The translations under genes were made by a program, and so were the position numbers. Of a stretch of DNA of 41,782 nucleotides, positions 21,458 to 30,273 are shown piece by piece. How positions within the stretch are numbered: the first letter of the stretch is position 1; every line of letters begins with the position of its first letter. Source of the DNA: Polynucleobacter meluiroseus. GTDB taxonomy: Bacteria; Pseudomonadota; Gammaproteobacteria; Burkholderiales; Burkholderiaceae. Location: assembly GCA_945867755.1 (NCBI GenBank), contig CAMBJN010000001.1:1-41782 (forward strand). The letters are read 5' to 3'. Below the pieces are notes generated by a model. That model was not told the origin of the DNA and searched no databases. It worked only from the letters and a program-made list of their open reading frames with translations.

Positions 21458-22570
21458 TTAAGCAGTCAACTTATGGAATTCTTTATTCGCAAAACGATCT
21501 GTCATGCCAGCAATGTAATGCGATATGCGTCGCTGTAAAGCATCTTCAGACCTGAATCCCTCAGGTAAGTCATGCGGGGATTGTTGAAAGTGTGCAAATA
21601 ACACTTTAACCATATTTGCCGCTTCGCTTGTGACGGATTGAACTTGTGGATGACGATACAAGTTTTTGAAAAGAAATTTTTTCATGGCACTTGCTTGCTC
21701 ACGCATGCTAGGAGAAAAGCCAACCATGGGTGAACCATGACGCACATCCTCAATGTTGCTTGGCGAGAACTCTTCTAGACGTCGCTGGGTTTCTTTCACC
21801 AAATCATCCACCAACAAATGAATAATGTGTCTGATCACTTCATAGACCAAGCGGCGTCCAGTCAAATCAGGAAAAGAATGCTTTACTCGATCATGCTGCT
21901 CTTGCCACAAGGCAACCTCAGAAAGCTGCTGGGTGTTCAATAAACCTGAACGAATACCATCATCAATATCATGATTGTTATAGGCGATCTCATCTGCAAA
22001 GTTAGCCAACTGAGCCTCTAAACTAGGTTGATGCCCTTTTAAAAATCTTTCTCCCAAAGGGCCTAATTTTTCAGCATTTCTTTTAGCGCAATGCTTCAAA
22101 ATTCCTTCGCGGGTTTCAAAAGAAAGATTTAAGCCATCCCACTTTGCATAACGCTCTTCTAGAAAATCAACGACCCATAAACTTTGTAAATTGTGCTCAA
22201 AGCCGCCATAGTCTTTCATGCACTCATTGAGCGCATCTTGTCCTGCATGCCCAAAAGGGGTGTGTCCTAAATCATGAGCAAGCGAAATTGCTTCAACCAA
22301 GTCTTCGTTGAGATTTAAGCGCCTAGCCACCGAACGACCAATCTGCGCAACTTCCAAACTATGGGTTAAGCGATTTCTGAAGTGATCGCCCTCATGATTT
22401 AAAAAAACCTGTGTTTTGTATTCAAGCCGGCGAAAGGCTGTTGAATGAATGATTCTGTCTCGATCTCGTTGAAATGCATTTCGACCAGATTGTGTTGGCT
22501 CTGTCGGCTCTGGATGCAGGCGCCCTAAAGATAGTTCGGGGTTTGCTGCGTAACTAGCTAAGCTCATCAC
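21458..22570 (-). CDS. dgt: Deoxyguanosinetriphosphate triphosphohydrolase (dGTPase)
   Basis: FQRDRDRIIHS.AFRRL.YKTQV, RLTHSLEV, AHDLGHTPFGH, YIAGMTD. Confidence 0.95.
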   Translation of the reverse strand: MMSLASYAANPELSLGRLHPEPTEPTQSGRNAFQRDRDRIIHSTAFRRLEYKTQVFLNHEGDHFRNRLTHSLEVAQIGRSVARRLNLNEDLVEAISLAHDLGHTPFGHAGQDALNECMKDYGGFEHNLQSLWVVDFLEERYAKWDGLNLSFETREGILKHCAKRNAEKLGPLGERFLKGHQPSLEAQLANFADEIAYNNHDIDDGIRSGLLNTQQLSEVALWQEQHDRVKHSFPDLTGRRLVYEVIRHIIHLLVDDLVKETQRRLEEFSPSNIEDVRHGSPMVGFSPSMREQASAMKKFLFKNLYRHPQVQSVTSEAANMVKVLFAHFQQSPHDLPEGFRSEDALQRRISHYIAGMTDRFANKEFHKLTA

Positions 22571-22603
22571 AACTCACTCAAGCAAGCTCATTAGGCGAAC
22601 TCA

Positions 22604-23686
22604 TTAAGCAACCCCATTGGCAATCAGTGTTTGAATCACAAGATCATCATCAACCGTTTGAATTTTTGCCTGCCCCAAGCCATTCAGCAAAATATAACGA
22701 ACTTCGCCACCCTCTGCTTTTTTATCAACGCTCATCAATTCCATGAAACGATTAACACCTAATTTAGGTGGCTGAGTTGGCAAATGAAGTGCTTGGATGA
22801 TCTTCTTTAAGCGTGATGCATCTGCATCAGATAGCAGGCCCACTCGAACCGATAAATCAGCCGCCATGACCATGCCACAACCAACCGCTTGACCGTGCAA
22901 CCAGGAGCCGTAACCCATGCCCGCCTCAATTGCATGGCCAAAGGTGTGGCCAAAATTCAAGATGGCGCGAATGCCGCCTTCTTTTTCATCTTGAGCCACC
23001 ACTTGAGATTTGATTTCACATGAGCGGCGCACGGCAAACTCCATCGCCACCGGATCACAATTGTTCAGGGCATCTTGGTTTTTCTCAATCCAAGATAAAA
23101 ATTCAGAATCAGCAATAGCGCCATGCTTGATCACTTCAGCCAAGCCAGCTGCCAACTCTTCAGGCGGCAAAGTCTTTAGGGTATCCAAATCAGCAATCAC
23201 AGCTTGTGGCTGATGAAAAGCGCCCACCATGTTTTTGCCCAAGGGATGGTTGATACCAGTCTTACCCCCCACCGATGAATCAACTTGAGATAACAGGGTG
23301 GTAGGAACCTGAATGAATCTTATTCCGCGCATGTAACACGCAGCTGCAAAGCCAGTCATATCGCCAATCACGCCACCACCCAACGCAACCAGCGTGGTCT
23401 TTCGGTCAGCAGAATTTTCTAACAAGCCATCAAAAATCTTTTGTAATACTTCCCATGTTTTAAAAGCTTCGCCATCAGGCAAAACAATGAGTTTCACTTT
23501 TTGGCCAGTTCCCTCTAAGGTTTTAACTACCCTGTCAGCATATAAAGGGGCCACGGTTTCATTCGTGACCACTGCCGTGAAAGTACCCTTGATGTGTTTT
23601 TTATATAAGTCTGCTTGATCAAGCAATTGAGATCCGATATGGATCGGATAGCTGCGCTCACCTAAATCTAATTGAAGAGTGTTCAT
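22604..23686 (-). CDS. aroB: 3-dehydroquinate synthase
   Basis: [38 protein letters not shown]. Confidence 0.98.
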   Translation of the reverse strand: MNTLQLDLGERSYPIHIGSQLLDQADLYKKHIKGTFTAVVTNETVAPLYADRVVKTLEGTGQKVKLIVLPDGEAFKTWEVLQKIFDGLLENSADRKTTLVALGGGVIGDMTGFAAACYMRGIRFIQVPTTLLSQVDSSVGGKTGINHPLGKNMVGAFHQPQAVIADLDTLKTLPPEELAAGLAEVIKHGAIADSEFLSWIEKNQDALNNCDPVAMEFAVRRSCEIKSQVVAQDEKEGGIRAILNFGHTFGHAIEAGMGYGSWLHGQAVGCGMVMAADLSVRVGLLSDADASRLKKIIQALHLPTQPPKLGVNRFMELMSVDKKAEGGEVRYILLNGLGQAKIQTVDDDLVIQTLIANGVA

Positions 23687-24207
23687 GTTGATAATTCAAA
23701 TTGCATCATTAGTGTATTCACCAACTGAGCGACGCTGGGCTTGCCAGTATCAATCACATGATGGGCGGTTTCCCTGTACAAAGGGTCACGAATCGCGAAA
23801 AGCTTTTCAAGGGTGCCTCTAGGATCATCGTTATTCAACAATGGCCTGCCCTTGTCATTGCGAGTTCTTAACCAAAGCTCATGAGGTGTGGCGCGAAGAT
23901 AAACAACCACGCCTCTTTGATGTAAATGCTGGCGATTTTCAGGCAATAAAACAGCGCCTCCGCCAGTGGCTAAAACCAAATTCTTTTCTTGAGTTAACTC
24001 ATCAATAATCTGGGCCTCGCGTTTGCGAAACCCTTCCTCACCCTCCATTTCAAAAATGGTTGGAATACGAACCCCGCAACGAGCCTCAATCTCATGATCA
24101 GAGTCCACAAATCGTCTTCCTAATTTTTTAGCCAAGAGACGGCCAACGGTGGTTTTACCGGCGCCCATCACCCCCACTAAAAAGATATTTTCAGGAAAAC
24201 TGTTCAT
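23683..24207 (-). CDS. aroK: Shikimate kinase
   Basis: [30 protein letters not shown]. Confidence 0.97.
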   Translation of the reverse strand: MNSFPENIFLVGVMGAGKTTVGRLLAKKLGRRFVDSDHEIEARCGVRIPTIFEMEGEEGFRKREAQIIDELTQEKNLVLATGGGAVLLPENRQHLHQRGVVVYLRATPHELWLRTRNDKGRPLLNNDDPRGTLEKLFAIRDPLYRETAHHVIDTGKPSVAQLVNTLMMQFELST

Positions 24208-24217
24208 ACATGAGATT

Positions 24218-25300
24218 CTACTGAGGCTTTTGACTAGAAACCAAGGTTGGCGTTAAAAAAATTAACAATTCTGTTTTATCCTTGAACTTCGACTCTTGTC
24301 GAAAAAGAAAGCCAATCAATGGGATTGAGCCCAAGAACGGCACCTTGGCATCATCTTTTCTTTCTGTTTCTTGAAAAATGCCTCCCAAAATCACCGTTCC
24401 ACCACTTTCAACCAAGACCTGTGTTTTGACATGCTTGGTATCAATGGCAAATCCTTGCTCTGTTTTTAATCCAACGCTGTCTTTGTTGATATCAACATCC
24501 AAAACAATCATCTGATTTTTCTGAATCCGGGGTTTGACCTCCAAACGAAGATTGGCTTTTCTGAACTGGACTTTGGTGGCACCCTGGCCAGCAGAGGATT
24601 GATAAGGTAGCTCCGTGCCCTGCTCTATCAATGCCTGAGTATTTTCAGCGGCCAACACTCTGGGATTTGACACGATATTTCCCAAGCCATTTGACTCTAG
24701 GGCAGAAAGTTCCATATTTAAAGCTTGTGTTGCCTGTTTACCCAGAAGGGTGATGGCAGCAGTACCGGGTTCAAAGCCACTCAAACCTGATGCTCCAAGG
24801 TGGTGGCCTGTTTTAAAGTTGGGTTGTTGTTGATAAGCCAGTTTTGCCCCCAAATTTTGTGCAAACCTTCTTTCGGCCTCAACAATTCTTGCCTCAATCA
24901 TGATTTGACGCAACTCTCCCATTTGACCGACTTGATGCTGCTGCTCACGGTCTTTTTGTCTTTGATGAAACAAGGCCAACTCCTCATAAGGAGCGACCCA
25001 TAAAACGTCTTTATCAAAACGAGATCCAAGAGATTTGCTGGTCAAGACTGAATCAAAGGTTGTTTGCCAGGATGCATTTTTCATATTGATGCTGGTTTTG
25101 CCAGACACCTTATCGCTCATCATCAAATTCAAGCTCCGCATATCTGCCAACATTTGCAGTAGCTGTCGAAGATCGACCGATGAAAATTTAAGCGTGATAG
25201 TTTTTTCCGAAAAATTATCCTGAGCACGTGCATGGGGAGCTCGGCTCATCAACGCGATCAGGGATAACTTGAGCCACAATCTTCTTTTATTCACTCTCAT
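24218..25300 (-). CDS. pilQ: Type IV pilus/competence secretin PilQ family, unusually short (360 aa)
   Basis: N0/STN-like domain, [50 protein letters not shown]; usual position upstream of aroK. Confidence 0.85.
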   Translation of the reverse strand: MRVNKRRLWLKLSLIALMSRAPHARAQDNFSEKTITLKFSSVDLRQLLQMLADMRSLNLMMSDKVSGKTSINMKNASWQTTFDSVLTSKSLGSRFDKDVLWVAPYEELALFHQRQKDREQQHQVGQMGELRQIMIEARIVEAERRFAQNLGAKLAYQQQPNFKTGHHLGASGLSGFEPGTAAITLLGKQATQALNMELSALESNGLGNIVSNPRVLAAENTQALIEQGTELPYQSSAGQGATKVQFRKANLRLEVKPRIQKNQMIVLDVDINKDSVGLKTEQGFAIDTKHVKTQVLVESGGTVILGGIFQETERKDDAKVPFLGSIPLIGFLFRQESKFKDKTELLIFLTPTLVSSQKPQ

Positions 25301-25875
25301 TTCTCCAAAAGAATGGTCATTGCTTGACCCTTGATTGATTCCAAGATCATTTGAGAATGATCGAATGATTTAATCACCCAACGACCATCGACCATTTGTC
25401 CTTTACTAAAGAAACTTGTGATTTCATCAACCTCTATCAGAGCCTTGATGGAGTGGCCCGCTTGAATCAATCCCCAATATTTGATGTTTAAATCATTCAT
25501 CACCGGCTCTGGTTCATGCTCAGCCCCAAGCTGGGAATCAAGCTTTGAACCATTGACGGATGGCGGCTGTTCCGAAGCTTTTTCCAAAGACTGCTTAAAT
25601 ACCTTCACAACATCTTCTAACTTAGAAACTCTGCGCCGCCCCTCATCAATTTGTTGATGAAGCCCCTTAAACTGGGCCATCGTAAAAATGAAGAGGACAA
25701 ACATCCCCGCTAGATTGATAAAGCTCAGTAGTAACACCCTGTTTTTTGAGTAAAAAAGTTGGGCTTGTGTGCCATTAAATTTATTGATGAGCTCTTGAGA
25801 AAATGAGGGGGGTTTTATCGTTTGCTTTGAAAAAGCGTCGTCATAAGAGTCTGAAGTGAAGGTGCGTTTGATCAT
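25297..25875 (-). CDS. Hypothetical bitopic membrane protein with coiled coil and C-terminal PilP/GspC-HR-like beta domain
   Basis: One TM (LLLSFINLAGMFVLFIFTM), heptads, then YWGLIQ...KALIEV....GQMVDGRWVIKSF....MILE; overlaps the pilQ start. Confidence 0.65.
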   Translation of the reverse strand: MIKRTFTSDSYDDAFSKQTIKPPSFSQELINKFNGTQAQLFYSKNRVLLLSFINLAGMFVLFIFTMAQFKGLHQQIDEGRRRVSKLEDVVKVFKQSLEKASEQPPSVNGSKLDSQLGAEHEPEPVMNDLNIKYWGLIQAGHSIKALIEVDEITSFFSKGQMVDGRWVIKSFDHSQMILESIKGQAMTILLEK

Positions 25876-25907
25876 TCAAAGATTATCTAGACCGGCGACA
25901 TCTTCAT

Positions 25908-25977
25908 AAATCAGCAAAATGCTGATTTCTTGTCAGAAAAATCGGAAATTTTTGTCAGGGTTTCCCTGACTTTTTTT
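25908..25977. promoter_or_regulatory. Two perfect palindromes in the divergent pil/mrcA promoter region
   Basis: AAATCAGCA-AAA-TGCTGATTT (25908-25928) and GTCAGGG-TTT-CCCTGAC followed by T7 (25954-25977). Confidence 0.5.
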
Positions 25978-26002
25978 CATACCCCTCTTTTCAAGCTATC
26001 TC

Positions 26003-26008
26003 TATAAT
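26003..26008 (+). promoter_or_regulatory. -10 box TATAAT 6 nt before the mrcA ATG (leaderless-type)
   Basis: TATAAT-CAAGAA-ATG. Confidence 0.6.
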
Positions 26009-26014
26009 CAAGAA

Positions 26015-28324
26015 ATGAGTGAATCTCGCAAGCCCGTCAGACCACCCTCACGCTTAGGCGGGGGTGCACAAACTAGAAAACCGCAACGTAATTGGCAGCA
26101 GTATTTAATTCGCTGGGGAATTTTCTTGGGAAGTGCCGGTCTTATCTTATTGGGCCTAGTTATTGTCTATGCACTGGTGGTTGCAAAACCAAATTTACCC
26201 GATCTAGACACCATCACTGACTACAACCCCAAAGTTCCTCTGCGCATTTACACGGCTGACAATGCATTGATCGGTGAGTTTGGTGAGGAGCGCAGAAACA
26301 TCGTTGCGATCGAAGAAATCCCAAGCTACCTTAAAAATGCCGTTGTTGCGATTGAAGACGAGCGTTTTTATAAACATGGTGGTGTTGATTACTGGGGTGT
26401 TTTAAGAGCCACTCTTGCAAATTTAAGAGGCAGACTTGCCCAAGGCGCATCAACCATCACCATGCAAGTGGCCAGAAATTTTTTCTTAACGAATGAAAAA
26501 TCATTTACACGAAAGATTTATGAAGTCTTACTAGCTTGGAAAATTGAATCCAATCTATCGAAAGAGCAAATTCTTGAGTTATATATGAACCAAATTTATT
26601 TGGGGCAGCGAGCTTACGGATTTAGTAGTGCTGCTCAGATTTATTTTGGTAAAGATATCCAACGTATTTCAATTGCTGAAGCAGCCATGCTGGCTGGTTT
26701 ACCAAAAGCCCCATCTGCATATAATCCCGTTGTGAATTATCGTCGCGCAAAAATTCGTCAAGAATATATCTTGCAAAGAATGCGTGATTTAAAAATGATC
26801 ACCCCAAGCCAGTATCAATCTGCGATGACAGAAATCCTTCATGTTCGTGGCGTGGGTCGAGAGTTCACAACCAAAGCTGACTTCGCAACCGAAATGGTTC
26901 GCCAGCTATTGATCAGCGAATATGGTGATGGCATTTATACACAAGGTATGACTGTGATCACGACCATCAGAAAGGCTGAGCAAGATGCGGCTTATTCTGC
27001 GGTTCGAAAAGGCATCATGGATTATGAGCTTCGACACAAATACAGAGGGCCTGAGGGCTACATCAAACTTCCAGATGATTTAACTGCCAGACAGAGGGCT
27101 ATTGACAACATCTTGAGTGATCACCCAAGCAGTGATGATTTATTGGCGGGCGTGGTCATAGCAGTTAATCCAAAAGAAATACAGGCGGTGATTGCTACTG
27201 GTGACACTGTCACAATTAAAGGTGATGACTTAAAACTCGGCACAGTTGCGCTATCCGATAAAGCTCAACCAAAACAACAAATCAAACCTGGCGCGATTAT
27301 TCGAGTATTACCATCAGAAGGTCGGTGGGTTCTAGCCCAAATGCCTCAAGTTGAAGCCGCCTTTGTGGCTTTAGATGCAAATAATGGTGGCATTCGAGCC
27401 TTGGTTGGTGGTTTTGATTTCAATAGAAATAAATACAACCGGGTTTCTCAAGCACAGCGTCAGCCTGGCTCAGCATTTAAACCGTTCATTTATGCTGCTG
27501 CTCTGGAAAAAGGCATCATGCCAAGCACGCTGGTGAATGATGCACCTCTGTCAATTAGCGCACTAGAAACGGGCAGTCAAATGTGGAGCCCCAAAAACTA
27601 TGATGGTAAGTTTGAAGGTCAAATGACAATTCGGTCCGCTCTATCGAAATCTAAAAATTTGGCATCGGTCAGAGTCATCAGAAAAATTGACCCTCGTTAC
27701 GCTCAGGACTTTATTCAACGCTTTGGCTTTGAAGCAGAAAAACATCCGCCCTACCTAACCATGGCGCTTGGCGCTGGATCAGTAACACCGCTTCAACTTG
27801 CTACAGGTTACGGGGTATTTGCCAACGGTGGTTACCGTGTTGAACCCTACTTGATTAGCAAAGTGATTGACGCAAAAGGAAATATTCTTTTTGAGGCAAG
27901 TCCTCAAAAAGCAGGTGATTCCAATCTTCGGGCATTGGATGCACGGACAGCTTTTGTGATGGATAGCTTACTTCAAGAAGTCACAAAAACTGGAACGGCT
28001 GCAACAGCCAGACCTGCTTTAGGAAGGACTGATATTGCGGGTAAAACTGGAACAACCAATGAATCCATGGATGCATGGTTTGCAGGCTATCAATCGGATG
28101 TGATAGCGGTTGCATGGATGGGCTTTGATAAACCTAAAAGTCTAGGTGATCGGGAGACTGGTGGTGGCTTGGCGCTACCAATGTGGGTTAGATACATGAA
28201 GGCCGCCCTCAACGGACTTCCTGAATCAAAGCGATCAGTTCCTGCGGGCGTTGCTCAGCAAGATGGTGATTGGACTATTCCAGCATTTGTTCCATTCTTT
28301 GGCAGAACAACCACTTTAGATTAA
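26015..28324 (+). CDS. mrcA: Penicillin-binding protein 1A
   Basis: TM anchor, EDERFYKHGG, GASTITMQ transglycosylase motifs; SAFK, SKN, KTGT transpeptidase motifs. Confidence 0.96.
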   Translation: MSESRKPVRPPSRLGGGAQTRKPQRNWQQYLIRWGIFLGSAGLILLGLVIVYALVVAKPNLPDLDTITDYNPKVPLRIYTADNALIGEFGEERRNIVAIEEIPSYLKNAVVAIEDERFYKHGGVDYWGVLRATLANLRGRLAQGASTITMQVARNFFLTNEKSFTRKIYEVLLAWKIESNLSKEQILELYMNQIYLGQRAYGFSSAAQIYFGKDIQRISIAEAAMLAGLPKAPSAYNPVVNYRRAKIRQEYILQRMRDLKMITPSQYQSAMTEILHVRGVGREFTTKADFATEMVRQLLISEYGDGIYTQGMTVITTIRKAEQDAAYSAVRKGIMDYELRHKYRGPEGYIKLPDDLTARQRAIDNILSDHPSSDDLLAGVVIAVNPKEIQAVIATGDTVTIKGDDLKLGTVALSDKAQPKQQIKPGAIIRVLPSEGRWVLAQMPQVEAAFVALDANNGGIRALVGGFDFNRNKYNRVSQAQRQPGSAFKPFIYAAALEKGIMPSTLVNDAPLSISALETGSQMWSPKNYDGKFEGQMTIRSALSKSKNLASVRVIRKIDPRYAQDFIQRFGFEAEKHPPYLTMALGAGSVTPLQLATGYGVFANGGYRVEPYLISKVIDAKGNILFEASPQKAGDSNLRALDARTAFVMDSLLQEVTKTGTAATARPALGRTDIAGKTGTTNESMDAWFAGYQSDVIAVAWMGFDKPKSLGDRETGGGLALPMWVRYMKAALNGLPESKRSVPAGVAQQDGDWTIPAFVPFFGRTTTLD

Positions 28325-28328
28325 CCCT

Positions 28329-28700
28329 CTAAATAAATTTAACCACTAAAGTAGTTTTAGCTTGTTGACTAGCAAGGCGGCTTAATTCGCTAAATAATTC
28401 AGCGCCCGTTTTTGTGTCTAACCAAAGTGGCTCTGAAAGCGTGCCGGACCACTTATAGTGAAAGCCGCCCTCTTTGGCTGCAACCCAAATCTCTTGAAGC
28501 GGCGATTGTGTATTCACAACAATCACACTCTTGTCTTCAAATTGAATATTCACTACATTGCCACCTTGTCTTGAAATATCAAGATCTAAATCAGATTCCT
28601 GAAAAGCTTCCTCCAGAGACATCTCGATGGCTTTCAATGTTTTTTCAGCAATTGCGTAAAAACCAGTGTCTGATAATGTTTCTATGTTTTTGTTCATCAT
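28329..28700 (-). CDS. cyaY: Iron donor protein CyaY (frataxin family); start uncertain (28733, 28715 or 28700)
   Basis: IVVNTQSPLQEIWVAAKEGGFHY, ELFSELS motifs; divergent from lptM-lysA. Confidence 0.92.
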   Translation of the reverse strand: MMNKNIETLSDTGFYAIAEKTLKAIEMSLEEAFQESDLDLDISRQGGNVVNIQFEDKSVIVVNTQSPLQEIWVAAKEGGFHYKWSGTLSEPLWLDTKTGAELFSELSRLASQQAKTTLVVKFI

Positions 28701-28749
28701 TTTTATATTGGCCATGCTATAGTCAGAGATCATTTATATACTTAATCAT

Positions 28750-28917
28750 ATGCGATTTATTGTATCTAGGACTTGGCTTCTTTGTGTAGCAATATCCCTC
28801 TTAGGATGCGGGGTACGTGGACCCCTCACGCTGCCAACCATACCGCCAGCTCCGACTCAACCTGAAAAAGCAGAGCCTACCGGAAAACAGTGGCCGCCTG
28901 CGAAAGATTCCAAATGA
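28750..28917 (+). CDS. lptM: Small lipoprotein LptM/YifL/LppL family, 55 aa (not in ORF track)
   Basis: Manual translation MRFIVSRTWLLCVAISLLG-CGVRGPLTLPTIPPAPTQPEKAEPTGKQWPPAKDSK; lipobox plus CGxxGPLxLP; ATGA overlap with lysA. Confidence 0.85.
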   Translation: MRFIVSRTWLLCVAISLLGCGVRGPLTLPTIPPAPTQPEKAEPTGKQWPPAKDSK

Positions 28918-30200
28918 ACTCCGTTCCAAGCTTAAATGGGTTTTCAGTCAGCAACCAAGAGTGGTGCGCTGAAAATGTACCGCTATCCCAAATTGCGAAA
29001 GAATTTGGCACGCCCACTTATGTATACAGCAGAAAAGCTTTAACGGATGCTTTTAATGCCTATGAAAAGGCATGCTTTAAACAAAATGGTGAACGTCGAG
29101 CTCAAGTTCACTATGCGATGAAAGCAAATAGTAATTTGGCTATCTTGAATGTTTTTGCTCGCTTAGGCGCTGGATTTGACATTGTCAGTGCTGGCGAGTT
29201 AGCCCGTGTTTTAGCCGCCGGTGGCCAAGCAAAAAAAATTGTTTTTTCTGGTGTGGGCAAAAGCCGCTCTGAAATGATTGCCGCTCTCAAAGCGGGGGTT
29301 AAATGCTTCAACCTTGAATCAATCCCTGAGCTGTCAAGATTAAATGAAGTTGCCGCAAGCTTAGGCGTTATTGCACCCATCTCCTTGCGCGTTAACCCAG
29401 ATGTCGATCCTAAAACACACCCTTATATTTCAACAGGCTTGAAAGGTAATAAGTTTGGCATTGCCTATGATGAGGTGATCAACACTTATCGCGAAGCCGC
29501 ATCGATGACCAATTGCAAAATTGTTGGTATTGATTGTCATATCGGCTCACAAATCATAGAAATTAGTCCTTATTTGGATGCGTTGGATCGAGTGCTGGAT
29601 TTAATCAAATTACTTGCTGATAACGGCATCAAGATTCATCACTTGGATATTGGTGGTGGATTAGGCATTAACTACTCCAACGATACTCCTCCAGCAATTA
29701 CTGACTTTGCTAACACTTTACTCAATCATATTGAAGAAAAGGGTTATGGGCATCTTGAAGTGCTATTTGAACCCGGGAGATCCTTGGTTGGCAATGCAGG
29801 TCTTTTATTGACCACTGTTGAATACTTAAAGCCTGGCGAAACAAAAAATTTCTGTATTGTTGATGCGGCAATGAATGACTTAATGCGTCCAGCGATGTAT
29901 GAGGCTTATCACTCAATTGTTCCGGTGAAGCAATCAACAGCACCGAACATGACCTTTGATGTCGTGGGGCCGATTTGTGAATCAGGTGATTGGCTTGGAA
30001 GAGATCGTGAACTGAATGTTCAGCCCGGAGATCAATTGGCTATTTTGTCTGCTGGTGCCTATGGCTTTACCATGAGCTCAAATTACAACACCCGGGGCAG
30101 AGCTGCAGAAGTGATGGTGGATAGATCCACGCTTCACTTAATTCGTGAGCGAGAATCCATTGAAAGTCTCTTTGCCAACGAAAGATTGTTGCCCAACTAA
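28914..30200 (+). CDS. lysA: Diaminopimelate decarboxylase
   Basis: YAMKAN, HPYISTG..KFG, HIGSQ, EPGR, GPICESGD, SSNYN; start set at ATG 28914. Confidence 0.97.
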   Translation: MNSVPSLNGFSVSNQEWCAENVPLSQIAKEFGTPTYVYSRKALTDAFNAYEKACFKQNGERRAQVHYAMKANSNLAILNVFARLGAGFDIVSAGELARVLAAGGQAKKIVFSGVGKSRSEMIAALKAGVKCFNLESIPELSRLNEVAASLGVIAPISLRVNPDVDPKTHPYISTGLKGNKFGIAYDEVINTYREAASMTNCKIVGIDCHIGSQIIEISPYLDALDRVLDLIKLLADNGIKIHHLDIGGGLGINYSNDTPPAITDFANTLLNHIEEKGYGHLEVLFEPGRSLVGNAGLLLTTVEYLKPGETKNFCIVDAAMNDLMRPAMYEAYHSIVPVKQSTAPNMTFDVVGPICESGDWLGRDRELNVQPGDQLAILSAGAYGFTMSSNYNTRGRAAEVMVDRSTLHLIRERESIESLFANERLLPN

Positions 30201-30205
30201 AAAAT

Positions 30206-30239
30206 ATGCCAAACAGCCTTATTCAGGTCTACTTGGCAT
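30206..30239 (-). terminator. Imperfect hairpin between convergent lysA and resC
   Basis: Minus strand ATGCCAAGTAGACCT-GAATA-AGGCTGTTTGGCAT followed by ATTTTT. Confidence 0.5.
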
Positions 30240-30273
30240 CCCTATTAAAGCGTTGAGCTTTAATGATTTCTAA

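Noticed and set aside
20650-21460. Active IS200/IS605 element or TnpB/OMEGA system
   Set aside because: No tnpB or iscB, no spacer for a left end, and no second copy in the window; annotated as a CDS rather than a mobile element.
20771-22570. dGTPase-transposase fusion by read-through (in-frame TAA-ATG)
   Set aside because: Both proteins are complete with typical termini and TAA is the least leaky stop; translational coupling explains it.
21458-22570. dGTPase as an anti-phage defence gene
   Set aside because: Its position after aroK-aroB is the usual housekeeping context and no defence island surrounds it.
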